Source: Candidatus Latescibacterota bacterium
GTDB taxonomy: Bacteria > Latescibacterota > UBA2968 > SICM01
Direction: 5' to 3'
Assembly: GCA_965217865.1 (NCBI GenBank)
Contig: CBDCJO010000002.1
Coordinates: forward strand, 448,001-512,000
Length of the DNA: 64,000 nucleotides
Made by a program: the position numbers and the translations under genes. The notes below the pieces were generated by a model, which was given only the letters and a program-made list of their open reading frames with translations, searched no databases and was not told the DNA's origin. Positions 31,466-41,766 of this stretch are shown in pieces; position 1 is the first letter of the stretch, and each line of letters begins with the position of its first letter.

Positions 31466-32416
31466 TCACATCTCACGGTTCGCGGTATTGCTTTCCCTGA
31501 CCTTCGACCTCTGGCCCCTGCCTTTTCCATTTTCCATTTCCATGTTCCCTATCCCGTCCTTAGACCAGCGTTCGCACAAACCAACGCTCTCCTCTGTCAC
31601 CTCTTCTCGGGATGCTTCCGTACGGGAAATCAGGACCTCTATAGTCCAGGCTCCGCTAAATCCGATGTTCGAGAGAACAACCCCGAGTGCGGACCAGTCA
31701 ATCACACCCCTGCCCGGTAACCAGTGACAATCGTTCTGACCATCCACATCCTGAATATGCAAAGCGAATAACCTTTCGGATGCAACGCCCGCCTGTTCTG
31801 CCGGGTCCAGTCCTGAAATGCAGGCGTGTCCCGTATCCAGACAGAGCCCCACCTGCTCTTGCGGAAATCCTGCGATAAAGGCCCGGAGCTCTTCCATGGT
31901 GGCCAGCGGACGACAGTTCGATCCTTTCCCGGGCAAATTTTCAAGGGCAATTCCCACCCCCGTCTCCTCCGCCACCCGGATCAGATCGGTAAGCGATCGA
32001 TACGCGATCTCCGTCGCTTGACCCAAGTTTTCAAAGGCATAAGGGACCTCTCCTTCTCCCGGTCTCCCCGTGGGATGGACGATCGCCGTCCGGCAGCCCA
32101 CTTCCGCGCCGAATCTCATCGCATCCGCGATCCTTTCGATTCCCTCTTGTCGAATCTCCGGGTCCGTGCTTGCCAGGTTGACCCCCCTGAATGGCGTGTG
32201 TATCGTGTGCGCAAATATTCCAAATTTCTCCAGGGCTTCTCGGAACCCGCGCACATCGTGAAGGCCGGGACGCTTCCAGGCCTCTCCCTCGGCCATCAAC
32301 TCGGTCTCCCGAAAACCCGCCGCGGCGATCGATTCCAGGGCAAGGATCGGATCCCCCGTCGCCTTCCCTTCCTTGTCCAAAACGAAAAGCCCAGAGCCCA
32401 AACTGTAAGTGGTCAT
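31466..32416 (-). CDS. Sugar phosphate isomerase/epimerase (AP endonuclease 2 fold)
   Basis: ALENL, CLDTGHA, LHIQD, PGRGVIDW. Confidence 0.85.
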   Translation of the reverse strand: MTTYSLGSGLFVLDKEGKATGDPILALESIAAAGFRETELMAEGEAWKRPGLHDVRGFREALEKFGIFAHTIHTPFRGVNLASTDPEIRQEGIERIADAMRFGAEVGCRTAIVHPTGRPGEGEVPYAFENLGQATEIAYRSLTDLIRVAEETGVGIALENLPGKGSNCRPLATMEELRAFIAGFPQEQVGLCLDTGHACISGLDPAEQAGVASERLFALHIQDVDGQNDCHWLPGRGVIDWSALGVVLSNIGFSGAWTIEVLISRTEASREEVTEESVGLCERWSKDGIGNMEMENGKGRGQRSKVRESNTANREM

Positions 32417-32449
32417 AGAGGAACACCCGCGCCATTCATTTCGCTTTTT

Positions 32450-33805
32450 TTAATTTTCAATTTCCTTCTTCGCCTCCTCCACCGCCCTTCCCACGGCCTC
32501 GACCAATCCATCCACCTGACCATCATCCATTGGCAGGGACAACGCACACATCGAAAGCGAGTAATTGAGGAAATATCCCTGTGCGATCAGCCCGTGAAAA
32601 ACCAGATGGGTCATCTCATTGTCGATCCTGCTCAGGCTGCGATAGTTGACAAGATCCTCATCTGTGAAGTGTATGCTGAAAACAGAACCCGAAACAACAC
32701 ATCGTGCTGGAATCTCATCACGATCGAACAGATCGTTCAAACCCGATCGCAATCGATCCCCCAATCCATTAAGATGCTCAAAGGCATCCGGAGTCAATTC
32801 CCTGAGCATCGCGCTTCCCGCTGCCATCGTCATGGGATTCGCGCTGAATGTCCCGCTCTGGGAAAATCCCTTGCTCCCGCGGGTATTGTCCAGAAGATCC
32901 ATGATGTCCGCCCGACCCCCGAAAGCCCCCACAGGAAACCCGCCCCCCACGATCTTGCCGTAAGTCGTCAGATCCGGAGAAATCTCGCAATACTCCTGAA
33001 ATCCGCCCGTCCCAACCCGGAAACCAACGATCTCATCGAGAATGAGCAACACATCGTTCTTTCGAGTGGTTTTCCGAACAGCTTGAATGAACTCCTTACG
33101 AACCTGAAGGATGCCGGCCTTGGGATCCAGTATCACACAGGCCAGATCATCTCGATGCTCAGAGACAAGACGCTCGGCCGCGGCCTCGTCGTTATAAGGC
33201 AGGACCACAACCTCGTTAACGGCGTTCGGGGAGATCCCCCCTGCGTTGGGGACGGCGTGTGGGGCGGACTCGGGACCCGCTTTTTCAAGAGGAGGCCCCG
33301 TACTGATCTCGACCACATCGTGGCTGCCGTGATACCCCCCTTCGAACTTGGCAATCTTGGGCCGGCCACTGAACCCGCGCGCAAGGCGAATCGCGTGCAA
33401 CGTGGCCTCCGTGCCGGAGTTGCAGAATCGTATACGGTCCAGGGAGGCAACCCGCCTACACATCTCCTCCGACAGCTCGGCCTCAACACCCACCGGGGCG
33501 CCCAGTGCGATGCCAGCTCGGATCCGTTCCTGCACAGCCTTTATGACGGCTGGATGATGATGTCCCAGAATCTGAGCGGTATGATGGTTTACAAAGTCGA
33601 CGAATCGGCGTCCATCGACATCGTAGAGATAGGGGCCTTCTCCCCTTTCCATCGTAAGGGGATACGGTTTGTAAAAGTAAGCGCCCTTTGCCCCACCGGG
33701 CATCACCCGCAAGCCGCGCTCGAACAGCTCTCGTGACCGGGGACTTCCCGCAATATATCTTTCCTCGATCGAAGCCGCAGTCTCGATCGTCGCCTTGTCT
33801 TCCAT
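32450..33805 (-). CDS. Class III PLP aminotransferase, GSA-aminomutase-like (second paralogue)
   Basis: NSGTEA, KFEGGYHG, LDEIVGFR, YGKIVGGGFP. Confidence 0.85.
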   Translation of the reverse strand: MEDKATIETAASIEERYIAGSPRSRELFERGLRVMPGGAKGAYFYKPYPLTMERGEGPYLYDVDGRRFVDFVNHHTAQILGHHHPAVIKAVQERIRAGIALGAPVGVEAELSEEMCRRVASLDRIRFCNSGTEATLHAIRLARGFSGRPKIAKFEGGYHGSHDVVEISTGPPLEKAGPESAPHAVPNAGGISPNAVNEVVVLPYNDEAAAERLVSEHRDDLACVILDPKAGILQVRKEFIQAVRKTTRKNDVLLILDEIVGFRVGTGGFQEYCEISPDLTTYGKIVGGGFPVGAFGGRADIMDLLDNTRGSKGFSQSGTFSANPMTMAAGSAMLRELTPDAFEHLNGLGDRLRSGLNDLFDRDEIPARCVVSGSVFSIHFTDEDLVNYRSLSRIDNEMTHLVFHGLIAQGYFLNYSLSMCALSLPMDDGQVDGLVEAVGRAVEEAKKEIEN

Positions 33806-33830
33806 ACAATCTCCTCCCGAGTTCAAGAGA

Positions 33831-36077
33831 TCAACCCGCCCGTGTCACATAAACAGGAGAGCTCCATGCCCTTTCCAGATCCACCTGAACCACCCGGACC
33901 CAGTAGGGGGTGCACCCTTCAACCGGTTCAGAATCCTTATAAGACAACTCGACGTGCCTCGGACCGTCTTCCCGCGGCGCGGGTCCAACGCTCACGTGCC
34001 GACCGACCCCACCCGCTTCCACGACCATCGTGCCCATCGTAATCTCTTCCATGCTGAATGGAAAGCTGCACGGACCCGTTGAAAACCGGCACACCGACTT
34101 GGCATCCCCTTGAATCCTGACCACGATTCCGGCCTCATTGCCCGCTGTAACGGATCTCCACGAAATGAGGTCAGGCCTATCCATTTTGACCACATCGTCT
34201 GCGTAGGGAAAACCTGTTGCCCTCACGTTCAGAAAGTTGCCCCCTGCTACCCCCAACGACCCGTCCCACGTGACGCGCTGGTCCCGGGCGGTTCCCCGGG
34301 CTTCGGTTCCCCCCCATACAATCCGAACCAAACCCTCGCTTTCCCCCCCCGGCGGCGCGATCTGCCATCGGCATAACAGGTCCAATCCCCAGACGAGATC
34401 GACCCGCTCGATGGCAGCCGTTCCCTCCGCCGTGATTCGAATCAGCGGCTTTCCGTCTGTTTGGAATTCATCCCCCATCGGATGTCCATCAACACTTACC
34501 CACAAGAGGATCCGTTCACCGCTCGTGGCATAACACCGCCTCGCCTTCAGCCCGGTCCATAGATCGTCCTTATTCAGACCCCTGGCATAGATCGCCGTTA
34601 AGCCTGAACGTACGTTACGACACACCCGAGAACCTGGCTGGCAGGTTCCCGGACGAGTCATCACCCCGTCCGTCCCGGCTGTGAGTCCCACCCGGTACCC
34701 CCGGGCAAGCGCCTCCTGCACCAACCACTCCGAAGTCCCGTGCGTGGAGTGTACCTCCACAAGGGGCTCGATCTCGGGTTCGTGGAACTTCAGATTTGTG
34801 GTCCGCCCGCCCGCATGAAGGTTGATCAGCACCTCCTCCCATTTCATCCTTTCCAGGAAAACTTGAGCATCGGGTAGATCGGGTTCCGGATCCGGTTCCG
34901 ACTCTGTAAAGAAGCGCCCGGACCGTCTCAACCTGGGCTCGTCTTGCCTGTAAATGACATTGCGGTCTCCGCCTTTCTCTCTTGGTGGGCTCCACTCACA
35001 ACCCAAAAAGGCGACGAACCGTTCGGGGTCGTTGAAGGCCTCGGTCTGATCCCGGATCAGCTTCCAGTCTTCAAGCGTCACGTAGTGATCGTTTGATTGT
35101 TGAGAAGCGAATTGGAGTCCCGCCACATCCCGCGCAAAAGTGAAGTGCTCCTTCAGAGATCCCACACCGCACCCCACTTCGGTCTGTCCTGAGTGGAGAT
35201 CTCCCCAGAAGATCCTGAGATGCGGTGCCTTGTCGTGCACCTGGATCGGATTGGATTCCGTCATCGGATCTGTGTTGGGAACCCTTGCGGACAACCGATA
35301 AATCCCCACCTTGTCAAACCGCCTGGTGAATCGATAGGAAGCGGGATCCCGGGAAAAAAGGGGGTTTTCTCCGGCTCGGACTTTTCCCTCCCCGTTCTGT
35401 TCCTCAAGGCACGGATCACCCTCCGGGATGAGGGTCGGATTTCCCCAGCGGTCCTCCGCCCGAACGATCACGTCGAAAGGTTCGCCCACGATGCAGTCCG
35501 AAGGGCACACGGCGTGTAGACTCACCGGAGCCCCTGGAACGATAGGAAACCCTGGGGCGTCCGGCAAGCGGATCCATTGATCATTATTATCCGGATTGAG
35601 GAGCATAAGAAAGCTCGCGGAATTTGCGATAAAGGTCGGCGTCCTCCATCCCTTCCCACCCCCGGCTCGATCACCACACACCACGGTCACCCGATCCCCT
35701 CTAGCCAGGGATCCTTCCTGCACGGTCAGTTCAACATCGTGAGGCCAGGGGTCCAGATCCCCTCGACCATGAAACGTGGAGCCGATCGAGACACCGGCTT
35801 TGGTGCACACAGTCAGATATCCATCTCCCGAGGGATTCTCAGTCTGCAGCTCAGACCAGTCAAACGGCCAGCGCCAGGCGATTCTCATGCGCCCCCCCCT
35901 GGGGATTTCCTTCTGACCGATCTCAAACTGAAACGTAAGCGTCACGTAGTCGCCCGCCACCGTCGGCTCCAGCCGATCACAGGACCCTCGACCGTGCAGG
36001 CTGAGCCGCTCCTCGAAGGAGAGGTGCAGCACGTGACAGACTTGAGGATGGCCCGGCTTACCGCTTGTTACCAGCAT
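33831..36077 (-). CDS. DUF3604-family PHP-like protein
   Basis: FWGDLHSGQ, EWS..GGDRNV, VEVHSTHG, RRCYATSGERI, AWSSPVY. Confidence 0.75.
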   Translation of the reverse strand: MLVTSGKPGHPQVCHVLHLSFEERLSLHGRGSCDRLEPTVAGDYVTLTFQFEIGQKEIPRGGRMRIAWRWPFDWSELQTENPSGDGYLTVCTKAGVSIGSTFHGRGDLDPWPHDVELTVQEGSLARGDRVTVVCGDRAGGGKGWRTPTFIANSASFLMLLNPDNNDQWIRLPDAPGFPIVPGAPVSLHAVCPSDCIVGEPFDVIVRAEDRWGNPTLIPEGDPCLEEQNGEGKVRAGENPLFSRDPASYRFTRRFDKVGIYRLSARVPNTDPMTESNPIQVHDKAPHLRIFWGDLHSGQTEVGCGVGSLKEHFTFARDVAGLQFASQQSNDHYVTLEDWKLIRDQTEAFNDPERFVAFLGCEWSPPREKGGDRNVIYRQDEPRLRRSGRFFTESEPDPEPDLPDAQVFLERMKWEEVLINLHAGGRTTNLKFHEPEIEPLVEVHSTHGTSEWLVQEALARGYRVGLTAGTDGVMTRPGTCQPGSRVCRNVRSGLTAIYARGLNKDDLWTGLKARRCYATSGERILLWVSVDGHPMGDEFQTDGKPLIRITAEGTAAIERVDLVWGLDLLCRWQIAPPGGESEGLVRIVWGGTEARGTARDQRVTWDGSLGVAGGNFLNVRATGFPYADDVVKMDRPDLISWRSVTAGNEAGIVVRIQGDAKSVCRFSTGPCSFPFSMEEITMGTMVVEAGGVGRHVSVGPAPREDGPRHVELSYKDSEPVEGCTPYWVRVVQVDLERAWSSPVYVTRAG

Positions 36078-36091
36078 AGAGCGCCCTTCTA

Positions 36092-36194
36092 CTTCATTGA
36101 ATATTGAATATAGGATAATTGAATATTTGAAAACCTCAGGATCTACTTGGCTATATGGATTTCTCTTCGACATTCAATCTTTAATCTTCAATTT
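36092..36194. repeat. About 90-bp dispersed repeat, copy B
   Basis: Same consensus as the 26104 and 47604 copies. Confidence 0.85.
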
Positions 36195-37656
36195 CCTCAA
36201 ACGGATACAGCTTTCTGCCAAGCCTGTGAAACTTAAGTTCGCCGGTGGACGGTTCATGGACCCCAGGCTCCGATACCGGGTAGATGGCCCCGGCCCAAGA
36301 CTCGAAACCCGCGCGAAAATGAACGGAAGACTTGACTCCGATATAACGCATCCTCCGGGGGTCTAACCCCATGCTCATGGAAAAAGCGATGCCGAACGGC
36401 TGCTCCCGTGCGGTCACCAGCAATACGTGGATCCCGCCCTGCCTGATGTACGCCGAGGAACCCATGCTGCCTTCCAGACCTTTGTTTCTGGGGCCTTCAT
36501 ATTGAAAATCGCCATCCGAAAGCGCGACAACCTCGACCTCCATGGGCACCGGTTCCCCCTGGAGTGGGGATGATTTCCCGCCGACCCCCAGGGTCAGCGT
36601 CGCTCCCCGGCCCGCCTGCTTGCAGAGGGAAACCGCCTCGGGGTCCACGATATAGAGCAGACAGGCATCCTCCAATCCCGCTTCGACAAAAGTCTTGAGC
36701 ATCCCTGTGCTGTCCCCCGGCGAACCCCCGCCCGTGTTATCGTTCCGATCGGCGAAAATCACCGGGAATTTTCCATCCGCTTCGGCCTGTTTCAAGGCCT
36801 CCTCGGTCGACGGCATGGGCAGATGCCATTCGGCTCGGCGCTCGAAAAGCCATCCGCCCAGCTCATCCGCACAAGCCTGGGCTTGTGCTTGATCGTTATC
36901 CGTGACGATGTAAACCGATGCGCCCATATTCGGGACATCGGCAAGCGGGAAGCAGGTGGCGATCGAGCCGCAAACCACACCTGGCTTGGCTTCGATCCGG
37001 TGTAATTCGGCGATGGCCTCGCGCATCGGAGAGTGCGCTGTGACCTGGTTCAATCCCCACACCATGGGGATCTGGTGCAGCGCCATGGTGGGCTGAAGAC
37101 CCTCTCTGTGAATCCGAACCAGAACATCCACACACTCGCGGCTCCTTTCGGCCATATCGATCTCCGGATAGGTCTCCCTCCCGATCAGGACGTCTGCCAT
37201 TTCCACCATCCGGGGGGAGACATTGCTATGGATATCGAGCTGGGCGAGGATCGGGACCTTGTCTCCGACCTGCGCTCGCACGGCCTCCAGAATATGGCCG
37301 TCCGCGTCGTCGATTCCTTCGGCGATCATTGAACCGTGGAGCTCCAGGAGCACCCCGTCGATCGATCCCGCGGCTGAAATCCCCTCAAGCAATTCTCCCA
37401 GGATGGCGTCAAAGATCGTCCGGGGCGTCGGCCCGCTGGGTTGGGCTTCAGCGAAAATCGTGGGAACGAGTTCAAGACCGTGGGCTTCTGCGCCACCTAC
37501 AAACCCACCGATCCCTGAGCTCGTCCCCTTGAACTTGCTCAGGATCTCTTCCCCGCGCAGATACCCGAAGCGTTCTTTGGTGTAACTTTCCCACGTCGTG
37601 GCCACGTTGGTGAAAGTGCTGGTTTCGTGAGCTATGGCACCTATAACGACTCTCAT
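36181..37656 (-). CDS. M81-family metallopeptidase (MlrC-like)
   Basis: HETSTF, LHGSM, LDIHSN, DNTGGG, VKSSVHFRA. Confidence 0.9.
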   Translation of the reverse strand: MRVVIGAIAHETSTFTNVATTWESYTKERFGYLRGEEILSKFKGTSSGIGGFVGGAEAHGLELVPTIFAEAQPSGPTPRTIFDAILGELLEGISAAGSIDGVLLELHGSMIAEGIDDADGHILEAVRAQVGDKVPILAQLDIHSNVSPRMVEMADVLIGRETYPEIDMAERSRECVDVLVRIHREGLQPTMALHQIPMVWGLNQVTAHSPMREAIAELHRIEAKPGVVCGSIATCFPLADVPNMGASVYIVTDNDQAQAQACADELGGWLFERRAEWHLPMPSTEEALKQAEADGKFPVIFADRNDNTGGGSPGDSTGMLKTFVEAGLEDACLLYIVDPEAVSLCKQAGRGATLTLGVGGKSSPLQGEPVPMEVEVVALSDGDFQYEGPRNKGLEGSMGSSAYIRQGGIHVLLVTAREQPFGIAFSMSMGLDPRRMRYIGVKSSVHFRAGFESWAGAIYPVSEPGVHEPSTGELKFHRLGRKLYPFEEIED

Positions 37657-37964
37657 TTCACCTCCACAGGAAGCGGAATAATAACTTTGAAAATAATTGG
37701 AGGAATCGTGTTCATGATCACGCTATTATACCATGCTGTCTATTAGTATAATAAGGTTTGCTGGTATGATCTCGACGCATATCAAGGATTATAATTATGT
37801 TTTTAAAGGATATATAAATATTTTCCCATTTTCTCAGAATATTGGATTGTTCGTTTACACATCCTTGGGAGAAAAATCTAACCTTGACATCCGGATCGAT
37901 TTATTATACTATTTACCATAAAAGTATAATAACGATCGACTCTATTATCACAGGGTATAATAAA

Positions 37965-39119
37965 GTGCATCCCTCTGATTTCAAGCAACATAGTTGTGGT
38001 GAAATACTTCAAACACTCCAAGGCTACTGGGCTTACTTGCCTGGTCCCCTCGAGCCAACGATCGGTTTGGACCTGAGATTGGTTCAAAATCTATCAGGCG
38101 CAGACCGTGCCTTAAGCGAACTTGCAGGTATTGCACGCACCCTCCCCAACCCACACCTGCTGATTGGGCCATTTGTAAGACGGGAGGCCGTTCTCTCAAG
38201 CAGGATCGAAGGCACACAGGCCTCTTTTTCAGATCTCCTTTTTTTCGAAGCGGCGAATTTACGCGAGGAGGAAGTCCCGGACGTCCGGGAGGTGTCTAAT
38301 TATGTCAAGGCATTGGAATACGGCCTGTCACGCATTCAAAGCCTGCCATTATCACTGAGGCTCATAAGGGAAATGCACGAGCGCCTTCTTGGCGGGGTTC
38401 GCGGAGGGGACCAGGCGCCTGGAGAATTCCGGCGAAGGCAAAACTGGATCGGTCCTCCCGGATCCAAACTGATGGACGCAACCTACGTCCCACCACCCGT
38501 TCAAGAAATGAACCATGCGCTTGACAGCTTTGAGAAATACCTTCATTCGAAATCGAATCTGCCCCCGCTCATTCGACTGGCCGCGATCCACTACCAGTTT
38601 GAGGCCATTCATCCGTTCCTCGATGGGAATGGACGCATCGGAAGGCTCCTTATAACCCTCTTGCTCTACACAGATGGGCTCCTGCCTCAACCGCTGCTTT
38701 ATCTCAGCGCCTTCTTTGAAAGACATCGCGAGGAATATTATCGTCTTCTACTTGAAGTAAGTCAGAAAGGCGACTGGGGAAAGTGGATCAGGTTCTTCCT
38801 TCGGGCCGTCGAAACGCAAGCCATGGATGCCATAGAACGATCCGACAAACTGCTTGGACTCTGGCAGAGTTACCGTACCGGAATGCAAGCGGCGCGTGCC
38901 TCAGCGCTGCTGCTTCAACTGGTGGACGAACTCTTCAAGGTTCCAGCCCTCACCAATTCCGCAGCTGCAAATCGGCTTGGCGTAACCCCGCGATCCGCGC
39001 AGCTCAACATCGATAAATTAATAGCTGCCGGGATACTCAAGGAAGCGACGGGCAAACGCCGGAATCGCGTCTACATTGCACCAGAGATCATCGATATCAT
39101 CGAGCAACCTGAAGGCTAA
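37965..39119 (+). CDS. Fic-family protein with N-terminal Fic_N region and C-terminal wHTH
   Basis: REAVLSSRIEGT, GEFR, HPFLDGNGRIGR, TGKRRNRVY; GTG start inferred. Confidence 0.9.
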   Translation: MHPSDFKQHSCGEILQTLQGYWAYLPGPLEPTIGLDLRLVQNLSGADRALSELAGIARTLPNPHLLIGPFVRREAVLSSRIEGTQASFSDLLFFEAANLREEEVPDVREVSNYVKALEYGLSRIQSLPLSLRLIREMHERLLGGVRGGDQAPGEFRRRQNWIGPPGSKLMDATYVPPPVQEMNHALDSFEKYLHSKSNLPPLIRLAAIHYQFEAIHPFLDGNGRIGRLLITLLLYTDGLLPQPLLYLSAFFERHREEYYRLLLEVSQKGDWGKWIRFFLRAVETQAMDAIERSDKLLGLWQSYRTGMQAARASALLLQLVDELFKVPALTNSAAANRLGVTPRSAQLNIDKLIAAGILKEATGKRRNRVYIAPEIIDIIEQPEG

Positions 39120-39148
39120 AACCCTAAGCCGTCACACGAGGGAACATT

Positions 39149-41072
39149 ATGGTTGACGATTTACTATTCGCGGACCTGTGCAAGCCCGAAGTCTTGAAAC
39201 TTGGATGGCATCTTGCTCACCTGGACAGCCGTGATGACTTCGTTTCTGATTCCATTGCATATGAAGATTTTGCGTCCCAACTCACAGAAAGGTTAATACA
39301 CCTCGTTGAGGAAGTACGGAACAGGAGATACCGTCCCCGATATTTACTCGAGGTGGACATTCCAAAGAGTGGTTTGAGTGTTAGGCCTGGTAACGTCCTT
39401 CCCATTGAGGAGTCCACGATTCTTCATGCAATAATATACCTTTTGGCTCCAACACTGGATCGAAGATTGTCTGAAAACGTCTTTTCTCACCGTCTTCACC
39501 AAAACTGGAAAATCCGGATAAAAAAGGGAAGATATCTTTTCAGAGACGACAGAATAGAGCTCCCATTTCTGAAGGGAAAGACAATACGCGCGTTGAACCC
39601 TCTTGAGCCCTGGTACTTGGCGTGGCCAGAATTTGATAATGCTCGAGTCAAAGCCGCCCGGGAAAAAGGATACGTGTGCCTAACACGTACTGACATAGCT
39701 GCATATTTCGAGAATATCGACCTAAGTCTTTTAGAAACACAGTTGAGATCTTTAGTGCCTCGCCAAAACCGAATCATGGAGCTTCTGATGCGGATTCTAC
39801 AATCATGGACTAGAATTACAAGCACAGGAATTTCAGTGGGGCGAGGAATTCCACAAGGCAACGACGTCAGTTCGTTCCTTGGAAACATATACCTTCTACC
39901 ACTTGACAAGGCGCTGATACCATTCTGTAAAAAACGTGACGCCGTATGGTATCGATATGTCGATGATGTAGAAGTTTATAGTAAAGACTATGCCACGGCA
40001 AGAGACGTTGTCTTCGTTATCAATGAAACACTTCGCAGTTTGCACTTGAATTTACAGGGAAGCAAGACAGAAATTCTCACTGGGTCAAAACTTGATGCTA
40101 TACTTTCTAAATCAGAGTTGGACAAAATAGACGTAGCGATGAATGGATTCCGTGGGATGCATCTAAGAGCTCGAAAGAACCAAGAAATTTGCAACTACAA
40201 TCTTAAACAACTTGCGTCCTATTGCTACTCGGTTCCGTCGTGGATTGCCAGATTCTATCCGTAATCTCTCAACGTATGATAACCGTGTCCTGAGAAGGTT
40301 GATGACTGCATATGGTATGTGTAGCCGGCCTTATTTGAAGGAAATCGCTTTTTCGGTCCTTGTTGAACTTCCCGAGGTTCGTTTGTTACAGAAAGCTCTT
40401 AGATATCTAGGGCAACTGCCATATTCATATCATCATGAGATCTGTAGACGTTTGATGTGTTTGCTTCAGAAGGAGCAGTTCGGGTTACCATATCATGCTT
40501 CCCTTGTTCTCGATACTTTCAGATGGTTACACCCCCATGATGGAGGATATGGCATCGGTGGAAAAATTTCCAATCTCGTACTCCGAAGGAAGACACCTTG
40601 GACTATGCGCCAAAAGGCGTGTGATGCCTTGATGACATTACCTTACCGGGAGGATGACATTATGGCCCATGCTGAGAAAATGTTAAAGGACGATCATCCC
40701 TTCGTGCGGCGAGCTGGATGTGTTCTTATGACCCGATGTCCTGTGCAGTGGGTCCGAGAGAAAGTAGGAAGCCTACTTTACCATCCTGATCATTCACTGG
40801 GACGTCTAGCTCTTATGTGGAACAGGCATCTAACCGACAGACAAGCGGCTTTGTCTCAATTAGAAATCCTCAAAAAGAGAAAGTTACATGACGACTCGGT
40901 TGTCCGGCAGCTGCCGTGGCTATGGATTCTTCGTTGTAGTGCTGAAAAGGAGGTCGTCAGTAGTCTCCGAGATCACTTAAAAAGGTTGAACCAAAGTAAA
41001 AGCGGAAAGGTAAAGTGGCATAAAAGTCAACTTCTTATAGCTACAAAGTGGGCCTGCGCGAAAGAAGTATGA
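39149..41072 (+). CDS. UG/Abi (DRT-like) reverse transcriptase with helical-repeat C-terminus, one frameshift after 40166
   Basis: IPKSGLSVRPG, TDIAAYFENID, GIPQG, RYVDD, LNLQGSKT; second ORF has HEAT-like LKDDHPFVRRAG; about 640 aa if joined. Confidence 0.85.
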
Positions 41073-41164
41073 TCTATCGACTGAATCATCGCCAGCCTTC
41101 CATTGTCGCCAGGAGACACCTTCTTCCAAAGTAATTGGCGACCTTAACCAACTCTTTCAATTCT

Positions 41165-41497
41165 TCACCCCAAATCCTCATCTTCTTCAATCCTCTCCAG
41201 CAGATAGAATACTGGCCTGAAGCCATCCGTACAACACGTCACGAACTTTCCCGGTTTCACGCCAATCATGTTTCCGCCCCGCGCCAGCACCACCACATAT
41301 TTATGGATGTCCGTCCAGGCCCAATCGCTGAACCCCTCCGGCATATGGCCGTCTGAAAAAAACGCCTGCCCCACCTCGAAGTCGTGGCAGCATCCTTTCG
41401 GTTGCCAATCGGCATCCTCTGTGGTGTAGGCATCCACGAATTCCTGATTGAAAGTCTTCTTCAACACCGTAATCCGTACGGTTTTTCCCCCGGGCAT
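41165..41497 (-). CDS. TIGR04076-family protein
   Basis: VRITVLKK, PEGFSDWAW, CCTDGFRPVFYLLERIE. Confidence 0.8.
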   Translation of the reverse strand: MPGGKTVRITVLKKTFNQEFVDAYTTEDADWQPKGCCHDFEVGQAFFSDGHMPEGFSDWAWTDIHKYVVVLARGGNMIGVKPGKFVTCCTDGFRPVFYLLERIEEDEDLG

Positions 41498-41563
41498 ATC
41501 AAACTCCTTTTAAAGCTGGTCTGTGAGGCGACACATCAGTGGACCAACGGCCCGTAATTGCTT

Positions 41564-41682
41564 TCCCCAGTCCAACGGGCTGGGTTTGAAGAGAATCGCG
41601 GCCCTTCAGGCCGCACGACTCTATTGTTTCGCAGGACCCAGGGCGATGCCCTGGGTTGAGGGACGACGCGCCGTTGGCGCTG
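41564..41682. repeat. Cluster of REP-like palindromes
   Basis: CCCAGTCCAACGGGCTGGG, CGGCCCTTCAGGCCG, ACCCAGGGCGATGCCCTGGGT, GCGCCGTTGGCGC. Confidence 0.6.
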
Positions 41683-41766
41683 AAAGCTGGCTCTGACTTT
41701 GGTCCCGGCCTCTGGATTAGCTCTTGGTCATTTTACAATTTCCATTTTACATTTTTCACCTTGCAT

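Noticed and set aside
31826-33736. 636-aa plus-strand ORF and other long antisense ORFs (e.g. 10118-11242, 45830-46786)
   Set aside because: Shadow or alternative-frame ORFs overlapping well-supported genes, with no recognisable motifs
37657-41165. Retron, group II intron or DGR interpretation of the RT at 39149
   Set aside because: Only 29 bp separate Fic and the RT; there is no VTG retron motif, no domain X or intron domain V, and no TR/VR pair or avd gene
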